DNA from: Escherichia phage 216Ecol046PP | DNA length: 41,264 nt | Direction: 5' to 3' (one strand) | Sequence record: PP328844.1 | In this document: piece after piece, positions 1-7,972 of the stretch | Position numbering within the stretch: position 1 is the stretch's first letter | How the letters are laid out: each line of letters begins with the position of its first letter | Notes under the pieces: model-generated | What the model was told of the DNA's origin: nothing | Seen by the model: the letters and a program-made list of their open reading frames with translations, nothing else | Databases searched by the model: none | Program-made: the position numbers and the translations under genes

Positions 1-179
1 TCTCACAGTTCAAGAACCTCAAGTCTCCCCATAGGCCCTCTTTAAGTCCAGACCAAAGGCCCTACCCCAGTCTATCATAAGGTTAGACCGATGGTCAAGA
101 CTTCAGGTCAACGATAGGTCTAGGCTATGGCTTAGGGAAGAACGATAGGTGGTGACTATTGGTCTGTCTTTGAGTCTCT
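1..179 (+). repeat. Terminal repeat copy 1 of 4 (179 bp, begins TCTCACAG as in T7)
   Basis: Read as identical to 501..679, 40586..40764 and 41086..41264 by direct comparison. Confidence 0.9.
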
Positions 180-401
180 GCAGATGACAATAAGGTAGTA
201 AGGTCGCTGAGGGCTTCCACTTCAGCAGGTCGGAAAGGTCCTAAAACCTAACGAGAGTCTGACCAGCTCGCCAAGTCTGCCACTGAGGTGGATAACCAGA
301 GGAGGCAACGTGTCGCCCACTGAGGGGCTACAGCTCACAGTTTAGGTTAACAGGCTAAACAAATGCTTGACAAGATGTAACGATAAGATGTAATATTTAC
401 C
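180..401 (+). repeat. Displaced duplicate of 1180..1401 (early promoter region) joined directly to a terminal repeat copy
   Basis: Read as identical to 1180..1401; junctions at 179/180 and 401/402. Confidence 0.85.
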
Positions 402-500
402 TGGTCTATCCTAGTGTCTCCTGACCTACGGTCCTTGACCTACAGTGGCTGTGGCCTACAGTAGTGACGATGAGTTTTGGACCAAAAGTTTGAGACCACA
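402..500 (+). repeat. Copy of genome right-end unique sequence (matches 40487..40585), forming a concatemer-type junction with the terminal repeat at 501
   Basis: Identity to the sequence immediately preceding the right terminal repeat. Confidence 0.85.
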
Positions 501-679
501 TCTCACAGTTCAAGAACCTCAAGTCTCCCCATAGGCCCTCTTTAAGTCCAGACCAAAGGCCCTACCCCAGTCTATCATAAGGTTAGACCGATGGTCAAGA
601 CTTCAGGTCAACGATAGGTCTAGGCTATGGCTTAGGGAAGAACGATAGGTGGTGACTATTGGTCTGTCTTTGAGTCTCT
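501..679 (+). repeat. Left terminal repeat of the genome unit
   Basis: 179-bp direct repeat; followed by left-end repeat arrays and early promoters as in T7. Confidence 0.9.
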
Positions 680-700
680 ATCTGTATCAGACCTTGAGTC

Positions 701-758
701 ACTACCTACAGTCTAACTACCTACAGTCTAACTACCTACAGTCTAACTACCTACAGTC
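701..758 (+). repeat. Tandem array of a 15-bp unit ACTACCTACAGTCTA (about 3.9 copies)
   Basis: Seen directly; positionally analogous to the short left-end repeat arrays of T7. Confidence 0.85.
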
Positions 759-1040
759 ATCGACCATCGGTAATGCTGCTACCTACAGTCTAAACCTACA
801 GTTAATAGACACAATGGCTATAGACTTAAGGTCTAAGACATGTTAGTCAAAGACTATATCCTCTTACACCATGGGGCCGACGATAGCTTAATCAATATTA
901 TCGACCATCGGTAATGCTGCTACCTACAGTCTAAACCTACAGTTAATAGACACAATGGCTATAGACTTAAGGTCTAAGACATGTTAGTCAAAGACTATAT
1001 CCTCTTACACCATGGGGCCGACGATAGCTTAATCAATATT
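759..1040 (+). repeat. Perfect tandem duplication of a 141-bp unit (759..899 and 900..1040)
   Basis: Two adjacent copies read as identical. Confidence 0.85.
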
Positions 1041-1055
1041 ATTTCAAATTACCTA

Positions 1056-1086
1056 TTGACTATAGGTCCAGACTATGGCCTAATAG
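1056..1086 (+). promoter_or_regulatory. Possible host sigma70 early promoter (TTGACT, then a weak -10)
   Basis: TTGACT at 1056..1061 followed by CTATAGG as in the T7 A1 context; -10 element is weak. Confidence 0.3.
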
Positions 1087-1366
1087 CTTCCGTCAACACG
1101 ACACGGCAACAACCGGATAGTGAAGACGCCGGTGTCATCCCGGTTAAGTAGACAGCCTGATAAGTCATACGAACAACAGGCAGATGACAATAAGGTAGTA
1201 AGGTCGCTGAGGGCTTCCACTTCAGCAGGTCGGAAAGGTCCTAAAACCTAACGAGAGTCTGACCAGCTCGCCAAGTCTGCCACTGAGGTGGATAACCAGA
1301 GGAGGCAACGTGTCGCCCACTGAGGGGCTACAGCTCACAGTTTAGGTTAACAGGCTAAACAAATGC

Positions 1367-1396
1367 TTGACAAGATGTAACGATAAGATGTAATAT
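1367..1396 (+). promoter_or_regulatory. Host sigma70 early promoter (TTGACA, 18-nt spacer, TAATAT)
   Basis: Near-consensus -35 and -10 hexamers upstream of the early genes; a second copy sits in the duplicate at 367..396. Confidence 0.6.
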
Positions 1397-1510
1397 TTAC
1401 CACATCGAAACAACGGTGATGACCAACACTGAAATGGTCTACCTGAAGTCCTCTGACTGAAGGGAATGCTCTTTAACAATCTGGATAAACTCTTAATGTG
1501 CGCCGATAGC

Positions 1511-1566
1511 GACTAACTACAGGGCCTTTTAGTCTACATCTGAAGGCCCTGACTGATAGTCACTAA
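1511..1566 (+). promoter_or_regulatory. RNase III-type hairpin (CAGGGCC...GGCCCTG) upstream of the first early ORF
   Basis: Inverted repeat; preceded by CTCTTTAACAATCTGG..CTCTTAATGTGCGC, which resembles the T7 leader upstream of gene 0.3. Confidence 0.5.
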
Positions 1567-1574
1567 CTTAACGG

Positions 1575-1829
1575 ATGGACACTATGAAACACTTAAGCAC
1601 AATCACTAATCGCAATGAAGTATTCGTGAACACTAAAGGTTATGCGTGGATTCAGCTTAAAGAGATGAGAGGAGCGCGTCACCGTGTGGTAGTGCGCAAG
1701 GTATCAAGCAAGCAGTTCAGCAACTACAGCGTCGATACTATGCGTATAGACAACGAGACTTACCTGATAGACTCGCAGATAACCGTGCGTCCTACAGCGG
1801 GCATCTCAGCTCCTTATTTCGCTAACTGA
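1575..1829 (+). CDS. Hypothetical early protein (84 aa), not present at this position in T7
   Basis: ORF track; lies downstream of early promoters and is bracketed by similar hairpins. Confidence 0.5.
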   Translation: MDTMKHLSTITNRNEVFVNTKGYAWIQLKEMRGARHRVVVRKVSSKQFSNYSVDTMRIDNETYLIDSQITVRPTAGISAPYFAN

Positions 1830-1833
1830 GAGT

Positions 1834-1884
1834 GATTAACTACAGGTCGTTAGAATCATAGCGGCCTGACTGATAGTCACTAAC
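1834..1884 (+). promoter_or_regulatory. Second RNase III-type hairpin sharing CCTGACTGATAGTCACTAAC with the 1511..1566 element
   Basis: 20-bp identical segment plus similar TAACTACAGG arm. Confidence 0.45.
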
Positions 1885-1912
1885 ATATAATTAACTTTGA
1901 GAGGATATAACT

Positions 1913-2416
1913 ATGGAACGTAATGCTAACGCATACTATGAGCTGCTGGCTGCAACCGTTGAGGCATTTATCGAGCGTATTCAGTACGACCACCTGACTC
2001 AAGATGATGACTACAGCGATGCGCTGCATGAGGTCGTAGACGGTCAGGTTCCACACTATTACCACGAGATTTTTACGGTGATGGCTGCTGATGGTATAGA
2101 CCACGAGTTCGAAGACTCTGGGATGATGCCTGAAACCAAGGACGTAACGCGTATACTACAAGCTCGCATCTATGAGGCGCTTTATAACGATGTGTCTAAT
2201 AGCTTGGATGTAGTCTGGTTTGAGGATGAAGAGGCAGACGAAGAGGATGAATATTGGGTAGTTGACGCTAAAACAGGCGCAATAATTGTGCAAGCTGTAG
2301 CTCTTGAGGTCGCTACTGCATGTGCCAAGGTCAACTATGCAATAGGTCGCCACCTGAAGGTGGAAGACATCAATGATAACGTAGTGTTCGATCCTGCGGC
2401 TGAGGACTGCGAGTGA
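1913..2416 (+). CDS. ocr: Ocr-like anti-restriction DNA-mimic protein (gp0.3 homologue) with C-terminal extension, 167 aa
   Basis: N-terminal ~110 aa match T7 Ocr ([34 protein letters not shown], acidic tail); about 55 extra C-terminal residues. Confidence 0.85.
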   Translation: MERNANAYYELLAATVEAFIERIQYDHLTQDDDYSDALHEVVDGQVPHYYHEIFTVMAADGIDHEFEDSGMMPETKDVTRILQARIYEALYNDVSNSLDVVWFEDEEADEEDEYWVVDAKTGAIIVQAVALEVATACAKVNYAIGRHLKVEDINDNVVFDPAAEDCE

Positions 2417-2568
2417 TGGTAACTTATGGTATCTGCCAGCACCACGTCGCCAACGCCCGGCTTATGGTCAAGACCGGGCGGTTAACCCATGATGAGACTA
2501 TGCGTCTCCTGAAGGTGGTCTACAAGCGACGCAAGCGTATTCACGACAGTTTGCACGCTGAGTGATAA
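2416..2568 (+). CDS. Small early ORF (50 aa), hypothetical
   Basis: ATG overlaps the Ocr stop (ATGA); basic protein; below the ORF-track cut-off. Confidence 0.3.
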
Positions 2569-2631
2569 ACGAGAGGTCATCTACTGATAGGTGGCCTCAA
2601 AGATTACCACTTACATTAATAGGGGTTAACT

Positions 2632-2721
2632 ATGAGTGTGGGATATTGGGTATGCCTAGCGCCAGTTATCTGGATGATAGGGTATGGGATATACGACTGT
2701 ATTAAACGGAAATCACTATGA
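2632..2721 (+). CDS. Small hydrophobic peptide ORF (29 aa), hypothetical
   Basis: ATG..TGA overlapping the next ORF start; predicted TM-like peptide. Confidence 0.25.
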   Translation: MSVGYWVCLAPVIWMIGYGIYDCIKRKSL

Positions 2722-2915
2722 GTCTTGCACTATTGATAGCCATAGGCTATGGACTTATCGCATACGTGCTTGTGAGAGACATCAACAAAGCGCGTAAAGT
2801 CTACAAATTCAACTATGTACGTCTGGGCCGCTGGACTGTACGTCAACCTAACGGACGATTCATGCGCAACTTAGCGAACGTCTGGGATATAGCAACTATT
2901 GGGAGCAAACTGTAA
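2718..2915 (+). CDS. Hypothetical early membrane protein (65 aa)
   Basis: ORF track; hydrophobic N-terminus; translationally coupled to neighbours. Confidence 0.4.
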   Translation: MSLALLIAIGYGLIAYVLVRDINKARKVYKFNYVRLGRWTVRQPNGRFMRNLANVWDIATIGSKL

Positions 2916-3175
2916 TGAAAACCGTATACATTAACAAACCATCTAGCCATAGCCGTGTAGAGCAAATAGAGCGTGACATGTTCTTACATCGCCGCATGAG
3001 GGCTGAGGGCCATAAGTACGAACTGATGAGTCTGGCGTTTGGTGGACGACCGATCACTGACGATGGTAAACTTTTAGTCTCAGGCTGGAAGGCGATAGAC
3101 CAACGGTCAACCATCAAGCACACGACTCACGGTGACTTCAGCCATCTCCACGCTAACCCACTGATATGCAAGTGA
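2915..3175 (+). CDS. Hypothetical early protein (86 aa)
   Basis: ORF track; sits where T7 has gene 0.7, but is not a kinase. Confidence 0.45.
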   Translation: MKTVYINKPSSHSRVEQIERDMFLHRRMRAEGHKYELMSLAFGGRPITDDGKLLVSGWKAIDQRSTIKHTTHGDFSHLHANPLICK

Positions 3176-3183
3176 TTATGACT

Positions 3184-3203
3184 TAACTATCACTATAGGA
3201 CTC
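3184..3203 (+). promoter_or_regulatory. Phage RNAP promoter (TTAACTATCACTATAGGA) immediately upstream of the RNAP gene
   Basis: Matches the consensus repeated 11 times in the window. Confidence 0.7.
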
Positions 3204-3272
3204 AAGGTCTAAGACTCCAAGTGAAAGACCAAAGAGACTTTAAGTGAAAGACTAATAACAAGGACTTTAAGT

Positions 3273-5954
3273 ATGAGCGTCATCTCTATTGACAAACACG
3301 ACTTCTCTGATGTGTCGAACGCCATTGAGCCGTTTAACCTGCTGGCTGACCACTACGGGCAAGACCTTGCAGTCAAACAGCTTCAGCTTGAGCATGAGGC
3401 CTACACTGAAGGTGAGCGACGTTTCATCAAGAACCTTGAGCGTCAGACCGAGCGAGGGGAACTGGCAGACAATCAGGTCGCCAAGCCTTTGATGCAGACT
3501 CTGGTTCCTAAGATTGCGCAAGCCGTCAAGGAGTGGCACGAAGGTCCAGACGGGAAGCTGTCAACCTCACGTCCGAGCGTAGCGTTCACCATGTTAAGCA
3601 CTGAAGAGAAGGCCGTCAAGGACCGCTCTCTTCGCATCTCCTGCGAGTCTGCTGCGGTTATCATACTGAAGGTCATCCTCTCCAAGCTGGTCAAGCCTGA
3701 AGGTATACCGATTACACCGATGGCCTCCGCGATAGGTCGCACACTTGAGGATGAAATCCGATTCGGTCGCATTCGTGACAAGGAGAAGGAGCACTTCAAG
3801 AAGGCGATAGCTGATAACCTGAACAAGAGAGCCGGGGCATCATACAAGAAAGCCTACATGCAAGCGGTCGAGACATCCATGCTGGAGCAAGGCCAACTAG
3901 AAGATGCGTGGGGAACTTGGAGTCCGACCGAGGCTGTCCACGTTGGAATCAAGATGCTGGAGATTGTCATACAGTCAACACAACTGGTAGAGCTTAAGCG
4001 TTACGGTGCTGGCAATGCAGCGGCTGACGTTGAGATGGTCCACCTGTCAGACTTCTGGGTCAAGAAGATGGCACAACGCGGCTTTAGCCTTGCGGGTATC
4101 GCCCCAGTCTACCAGCCTTGCGTCGTTCCACCTAAGCCGTGGACCGGTGTCGTAGGCGGTGGGTACTGGGCCAAAGGTCGCAGGCCTCTACCACTGATTC
4201 GCTTAGGGTCTAAGTCTGCGGTGGCACGTTACGAAGACGTGTACATGCCTGAAGTCTATGACGCTGTGAATATCATCCAGAATACACCTTGGAGAGTGAA
4301 CAAGAAGGTTCTGGACGTGGTGAACATGGTCGAGAAGTTGAACAACACGCCTATTGATGACATCCCTCAGATGGAGCCACTGAAGCCTGAAGAATATGCG
4401 GGTGAGACTGAAGAGGAACTCAAGGCGTGGAAGAAAGCGGCTGCTGGTATCTATCGCCGCGAGAAGGCCAGACAGTCACGCAGATTGTCGCTGAGCTTTA
4501 TCGTTAACCAAGCGAACAAGTTCTCTCAGTTCAAGGCCATCTGGTTCCCGTACAACATGGACTGGCGCGGTCGCGTCTACGCTGTGCCGATGTTCAACCC
4601 TCAGGGTAACGACATGCAAAAGGGTCTCCTGACTCTGGCAGTCGGTAAGCCTATTGGTGCTGATGGTTTCAAATGGCTGAAGGTCCACGGTGCAAACTGT
4701 GCGGGTGTCGATAAAGTCACCTTCGAGGAGCGCATCAAGTGGGTGGAAGACAACCACGACAACATCATGGCTGCTGCTAAGGCACCGATGGATAGCATTG
4801 AGTGGTGGGGCAAGTTAGACTCTCCTTTCTGCTTCCTTGCGTTCTGCTTCGAGTATGCTGGCGTGATGCACCACGGATTGTCTTACTCCTGCTCGCTGCC
4901 GATAGCTTTCGATGGGTCCTGCTCTGGGATTCAGCACTTCAGCGCTATGCTTCGTGACCACATCGGTGGACATGCAGTAAACCTGACGCCTTCCGGTAAG
5001 GTCCAAGACATCTACCGCATCGTGTCTGACCGCATTGAGGAAGAGCTTAAAGTCCTGCTGGTTAACGGCACTGACAACGAGATGGTAACTCACGAGGACA
5101 AGAAAACTGGTGAGATTACCGAGCGTCTCAAGCTGGGGACACGAGAGCTGGCCCGTCAGTGGCTGACCTACGGTATGTCACGAAAGGTCACTAAGCGCTC
5201 AGTCATGACTCTGGCCTACGGGTCGAAAGAGTACGGATTCGCAGACCAAGTATACGAGGACATCGTGATGCCAGCGATTGACTCAGGGTCTGGCGCTATG
5301 TTCACTGAACCAAGCCAAGCATCTCGCTTCATGGCTAAGATGATTTGGGAAGCTGTGAGTGTGACCGTAGTTGCTGCGGTTGACGCGATGAAATGGCTTC
5401 AGGGTGCTGCCAAGCTGCTGGCGGCTGAAGTGAAGGACAAGAAGACGGGTGAAATCCTGAAGCCTTGCCTTCCGGTACACTGGGTCACACCTGATGGGTT
5501 CCCGGTCTGGCAGGAATACCGCAAGAAGGATACAACTCGTCTGAATCTGATGTTCTTAGGGTCATTCAACCTTCAGCCTACCGTCAACAAAGGCACGAAG
5601 AAAGAGCTGGATAAGCACAAGCAGGAGTCAGGCATTAGCCCGAACTTCGTCCACTCACAAGATGGTAGCCACCTCCGCAAGACTGTAGTCCATACTCACC
5701 GCAAGTATGGCGTGATGTCGTTCGCAGTGATTCACGATAGCTTCGGGACCATCCCGGCTGACGCTGAGTATCTGTTCCGTGGGGTCCGTGAGACTATGGT
5801 AGAGACCTACCGCGACAACGATGTGCTGCTTGACTTCTACGAGCAGTTTGAATACCAGCTTCACGAGAGCCAGCGCAATAAGTTGCCAGAGCTTCCGAAG
5901 AAAGGTAAACTGAATATCGAAGACATCTTGTCTTCAGACTTTGCATTCGCTTAA
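3273..5954 (+). CDS. 1: Single-subunit DNA-dependent RNA polymerase (T7 gene 1 homologue), 893 aa
   Basis: Collinear similarity to T7/T3 RNAP throughout (e.g. WFPYNMDWRGRVYAV, HDSFGT, C-terminal FAFA). Confidence 0.97.
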   Translation: MSVISIDKHDFSDVSNAIEPFNLLADHYGQDLAVKQLQLEHEAYTEGERRFIKNLERQTERGELADNQVAKPLMQTLVPKIAQAVKEWHEGPDGKLSTSRPSVAFTMLSTEEKAVKDRSLRISCESAAVIILKVILSKLVKPEGIPITPMASAIGRTLEDEIRFGRIRDKEKEHFKKAIADNLNKRAGASYKKAYMQAVETSMLEQGQLEDAWGTWSPTEAVHVGIKMLEIVIQSTQLVELKRYGAGNAAADVEMVHLSDFWVKKMAQRGFSLAGIAPVYQPCVVPPKPWTGVVGGGYWAKGRRPLPLIRLGSKSAVARYEDVYMPEVYDAVNIIQNTPWRVNKKVLDVVNMVEKLNNTPIDDIPQMEPLKPEEYAGETEEELKAWKKAAAGIYRREKARQSRRLSLSFIVNQANKFSQFKAIWFPYNMDWRGRVYAVPMFNPQGNDMQKGLLTLAVGKPIGADGFKWLKVHGANCAGVDKVTFEERIKWVEDNHDNIMAAAKAPMDSIEWWGKLDSPFCFLAFCFEYAGVMHHGLSYSCSLPIAFDGSCSGIQHFSAMLRDHIGGHAVNLTPSGKVQDIYRIVSDRIEEELKVLLVNGTDNEMVTHEDKKTGEITERLKLGTRELARQWLTYGMSRKVTKRSVMTLAYGSKEYGFADQVYEDIVMPAIDSGSGAMFTEPSQASRFMAKMIWEAVSVTVVAAVDAMKWLQGAAKLLAAEVKDKKTGEILKPCLPVHWVTPDGFPVWQEYRKKDTTRLNLMFLGSFNLQPTVNKGTKKELDKHKQESGISPNFVHSQDGSHLRKTVVHTHRKYGVMSFAVIHDSFGTIPADAEYLFRGVRETMVETYRDNDVLLDFYEQFEYQLHESQRNKLPELPKKGKLNIEDILSSDFAFA

Positions 5955-5968
5955 CAGGAGAGAGAGCT

Positions 5969-6184
5969 ATGAAATATGCACACAAGCATACTGGCGTTAA
6001 TGGTGGGACTCAAATCGTGACCGTAACAGAACACAACGGCAAGGGTCTGGTGAAGACCACGGTCATCCCTACCGAGATGTCCAAGCAGCTTAACATCCCG
6101 TTCAAGACTCTTGTAGATCTGGTCGAGTCCAGCCACGAGAAGTACCTGAAGGACGCAGTGTCCAAGCTGGAGCAGGCCAAATGA
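5969..6184 (+). CDS. Hypothetical protein (71 aa) between the RNAP gene and the following promoter
   Basis: ORF track; RBS AGGAGAGAGAG upstream; no T7 counterpart recalled. Confidence 0.45.
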   Translation: MKYAHKHTGVNGGTQIVTVTEHNGKGLVKTTVIPTEMSKQLNIPFKTLVDLVESSHEKYLKDAVSKLEQAK

Positions 6185-6260
6185 CAGACCTACAGTTACT
6201 GGCCTTGTGGCTAGGAGCACTCGCAGTATTCATTTTAATCCAACGCAGAAGAGGTTAACC

Positions 6261-6280
6261 TAAACTATCACTATAGGATT
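6261..6280 (+). promoter_or_regulatory. Phage RNAP promoter (phi1.1-like)
   Basis: TAAACTATCACTATAGGA consensus. Confidence 0.8.
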
Positions 6281-6281
6281 A

Positions 6282-6324
6282 GACTAAAGGTCATGACTCA
6301 AAGTCGTGGCCTTCATGATTAACC
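6282..6324 (+). promoter_or_regulatory. RNase III-type hairpin (R1.1-like)
   Basis: GACTAAAGGTCAT...GTGGCCTTCATGATTAACC; member of a three-copy family. Confidence 0.5.
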
Positions 6325-6354
6325 CTAAATAAACACTACTGGAGATTTAACCGT

Positions 6355-6534
6355 ATGTATCAGAATACTATCAACTTCGAGCGCATCCGTGAACGTCAGC
6401 AGACTGAAGGCTACATCCCTAAGGGCCGCAAGCTGAACAAGACCAAGCGTGGCGGTGGAATCAAAGGAGCTTTCCGAAACGCTGAAGGTAAAGACTCTCT
6501 GGTCAACCAAGAGAAATACTTCGTAGGAGCATAA
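6355..6534 (+). CDS. 1.1: gp1.1-like small basic protein (59 aa)
   Basis: KGRKLNKTKR motif shared with T7 gp1.1; below ORF-track cut-off. Confidence 0.6.
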   Translation: MYQNTINFERIRERQQTEGYIPKGRKLNKTKRGGGIKGAFRNAEGKDSLVNQEKYFVGA

Positions 6535-6538
6535 CCAA

Positions 6539-6802
6539 ATGGGCCGACTTTATAGTGGCAACATCAACGCTTTCAGAGCAGCGCGCAACAGGCTTTATCA
6601 GTTAGACTTCGCTGTCATATCTCAGGAGTTTCAAGACTATACGTCACGCCAAGAGTGCATGAAACTCAGGGTGGAGGACCGAGCTGGTAAAATCTTCGCG
6701 CTTGAGACCTTCGCACACTATGATGAAGACGTTCTGTATAATACCGCAACCGACTACCTCAACGGTCTCGCTGACCAACTCGACACATGGAGCAAAGCAT
6801 AA
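6539..6802 (+). CDS. 1.2: gp1.2-like protein (host dGTPase inhibitor homologue), 87 aa
   Basis: MGRLYSGN N-terminus and overall similarity to T7 gp1.2. Confidence 0.8.
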   Translation: MGRLYSGNINAFRAARNRLYQLDFAVISQEFQDYTSRQECMKLRVEDRAGKIFALETFAHYDEDVLYNTATDYLNGLADQLDTWSKA

Positions 6803-7842
6803 TGACAACTATCAAAACTAACCCGCACCGCGCTGTAGATTACTCTGAGTCTGGCATTAAGAAGGCACTGGAAGCAGCCGGGTCTCTGGAAGCTGAAGTG
6901 AAGTATGACGGTGTGCGTCTAAACCTCACGGTCCTGCGTGAAGGTGAGACCTACTGGCTGAGCCGTGAGTCTAAACCTCTTCCAGCATTGGAGTGGATGA
7001 ACTCTGAGTTAGGGAATGCGTGGACTCAAGCTGACTGGCGATGGTTCCTGCGTCAAGCTGGATACGAAGGCGTGGGCCTGATGATTGACGGAGAGGTAAT
7101 GGTCAAAGGCGTTGACTTCAACACATCATCGGGTCTCATCCGAACGAAGTGGCTGAAGCCTAGCAACGAGGAGTTCGCTGAATGCTATCCGGGACGTGGC
7201 AAGAAGGTCCCGTTCTGGGTCGCCCGGTCACGACTTCAGGTTGTGGTCTACGGTGTCGTCGACATGACGACCATAGCCGACCCGAAAGCAGAAGGTCCTA
7301 TCCATAGCGTCACACGCCTGAAGGCCGAAGCTATCGTCCCTCTCCTCCAGAAATACTTCCCGGAAATCGACTGGGTTCTGTCTGAGTCACACACGGTCTA
7401 TGACCTTGAGTCGCTCAACTCCCTGTACGAACAGAAGCGTCTGGAAGGACATGAGGGTCTGGTGGTCAAGGACCCACTTGGCAAATACAAGCGCGGCAAG
7501 AAGTCAGGCATGTGGAAAATGAAGCCTGAGGAGACAATTGACGGGACCGTGTGTGGACTCGTGTGGGGGACTCCGGGTAAGGCTAACGAAGGTAAGATCA
7601 TCGGCTTTGAGGTTCTACTGGAAGATGGCATGGTGGTTAACGCCTGTGGTCTGACTGAGAAGCAGAAGGACGAGTTCACGGAAGCCTGTAACACTGACAC
7701 ATATATCCTTGGTGGTGTCAATCCTTACGAGGGCTGGCAGGTTGAAGTCCTCTACATGGAGCGATTCCCTGACGGCTCACTGCGTCACCCTAGCTTCAAG
7801 TGCTGGCGCGGGACGGAAGATAACCCGACCATTAAGAGCTAA
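6802..7842 (+). CDS. 1.3: ATP-dependent DNA ligase (T7 gene 1.3 homologue)
   Basis: IKTNP..., KYDGVR adenylation motif, EGHEGLVVKDP, C-terminal GSLRHPSF; start taken at ATG 6802 rather than the track's 6787. Confidence 0.92.
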   Translation: MTTIKTNPHRAVDYSESGIKKALEAAGSLEAEVKYDGVRLNLTVLREGETYWLSRESKPLPALEWMNSELGNAWTQADWRWFLRQAGYEGVGLMIDGEVMVKGVDFNTSSGLIRTKWLKPSNEEFAECYPGRGKKVPFWVARSRLQVVVYGVVDMTTIADPKAEGPIHSVTRLKAEAIVPLLQKYFPEIDWVLSESHTVYDLESLNSLYEQKRLEGHEGLVVKDPLGKYKRGKKSGMWKMKPEETIDGTVCGLVWGTPGKANEGKIIGFEVLLEDGMVVNACGLTEKQKDEFTEACNTDTYILGGVNPYEGWQVEVLYMERFPDGSLRHPSFKCWRGTEDNPTIKS

Positions 7843-7852
7843 CTAAATGTCA

Positions 7853-7886
7853 ACCCAGTGGTCTTAGGACTGCTGGGTTTCTTTGC
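7853..7886 (+). terminator. Early intrinsic terminator (TE-like) after the ligase gene
   Basis: Stem ACCCAG...CTGGGT followed by a T-rich run. Confidence 0.5.
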
Positions 7887-7926
7887 TTTGTGCTAGCAAG
7901 CTATCGTCTGGGACACCAGCTAGACC

Positions 7927-7946
7927 CTAAGCTATCACTATAGGAC
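7927..7946 (+). promoter_or_regulatory. Phage RNAP promoter
   Basis: CTAAGCTATCACTATAGGAC. Confidence 0.75.
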
Positions 7947-7972
7947 AACCATCAACAACCTAAGGAGACTCT

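Noticed and set aside
649-846. 65-aa ORF with YLQSN repeats (duplicated at 40734..40931)
   Set aside because: It reads across the terminal repeat and the 15-bp tandem array; the repetitive translation is a by-product of the DNA repeats, with no RBS and upstream of all early promoters.
701-1040. Possible CRISPR-like array
   Set aside because: Repeats are directly tandem with no unique spacers, and the context is a phage genome end.
6787-6801. ATG at 6787 as the ligase start
   Set aside because: ATG 6802 gives the conserved ligase N-terminus (IKTNP...) and overlaps the gp1.2 stop, indicating translational coupling.
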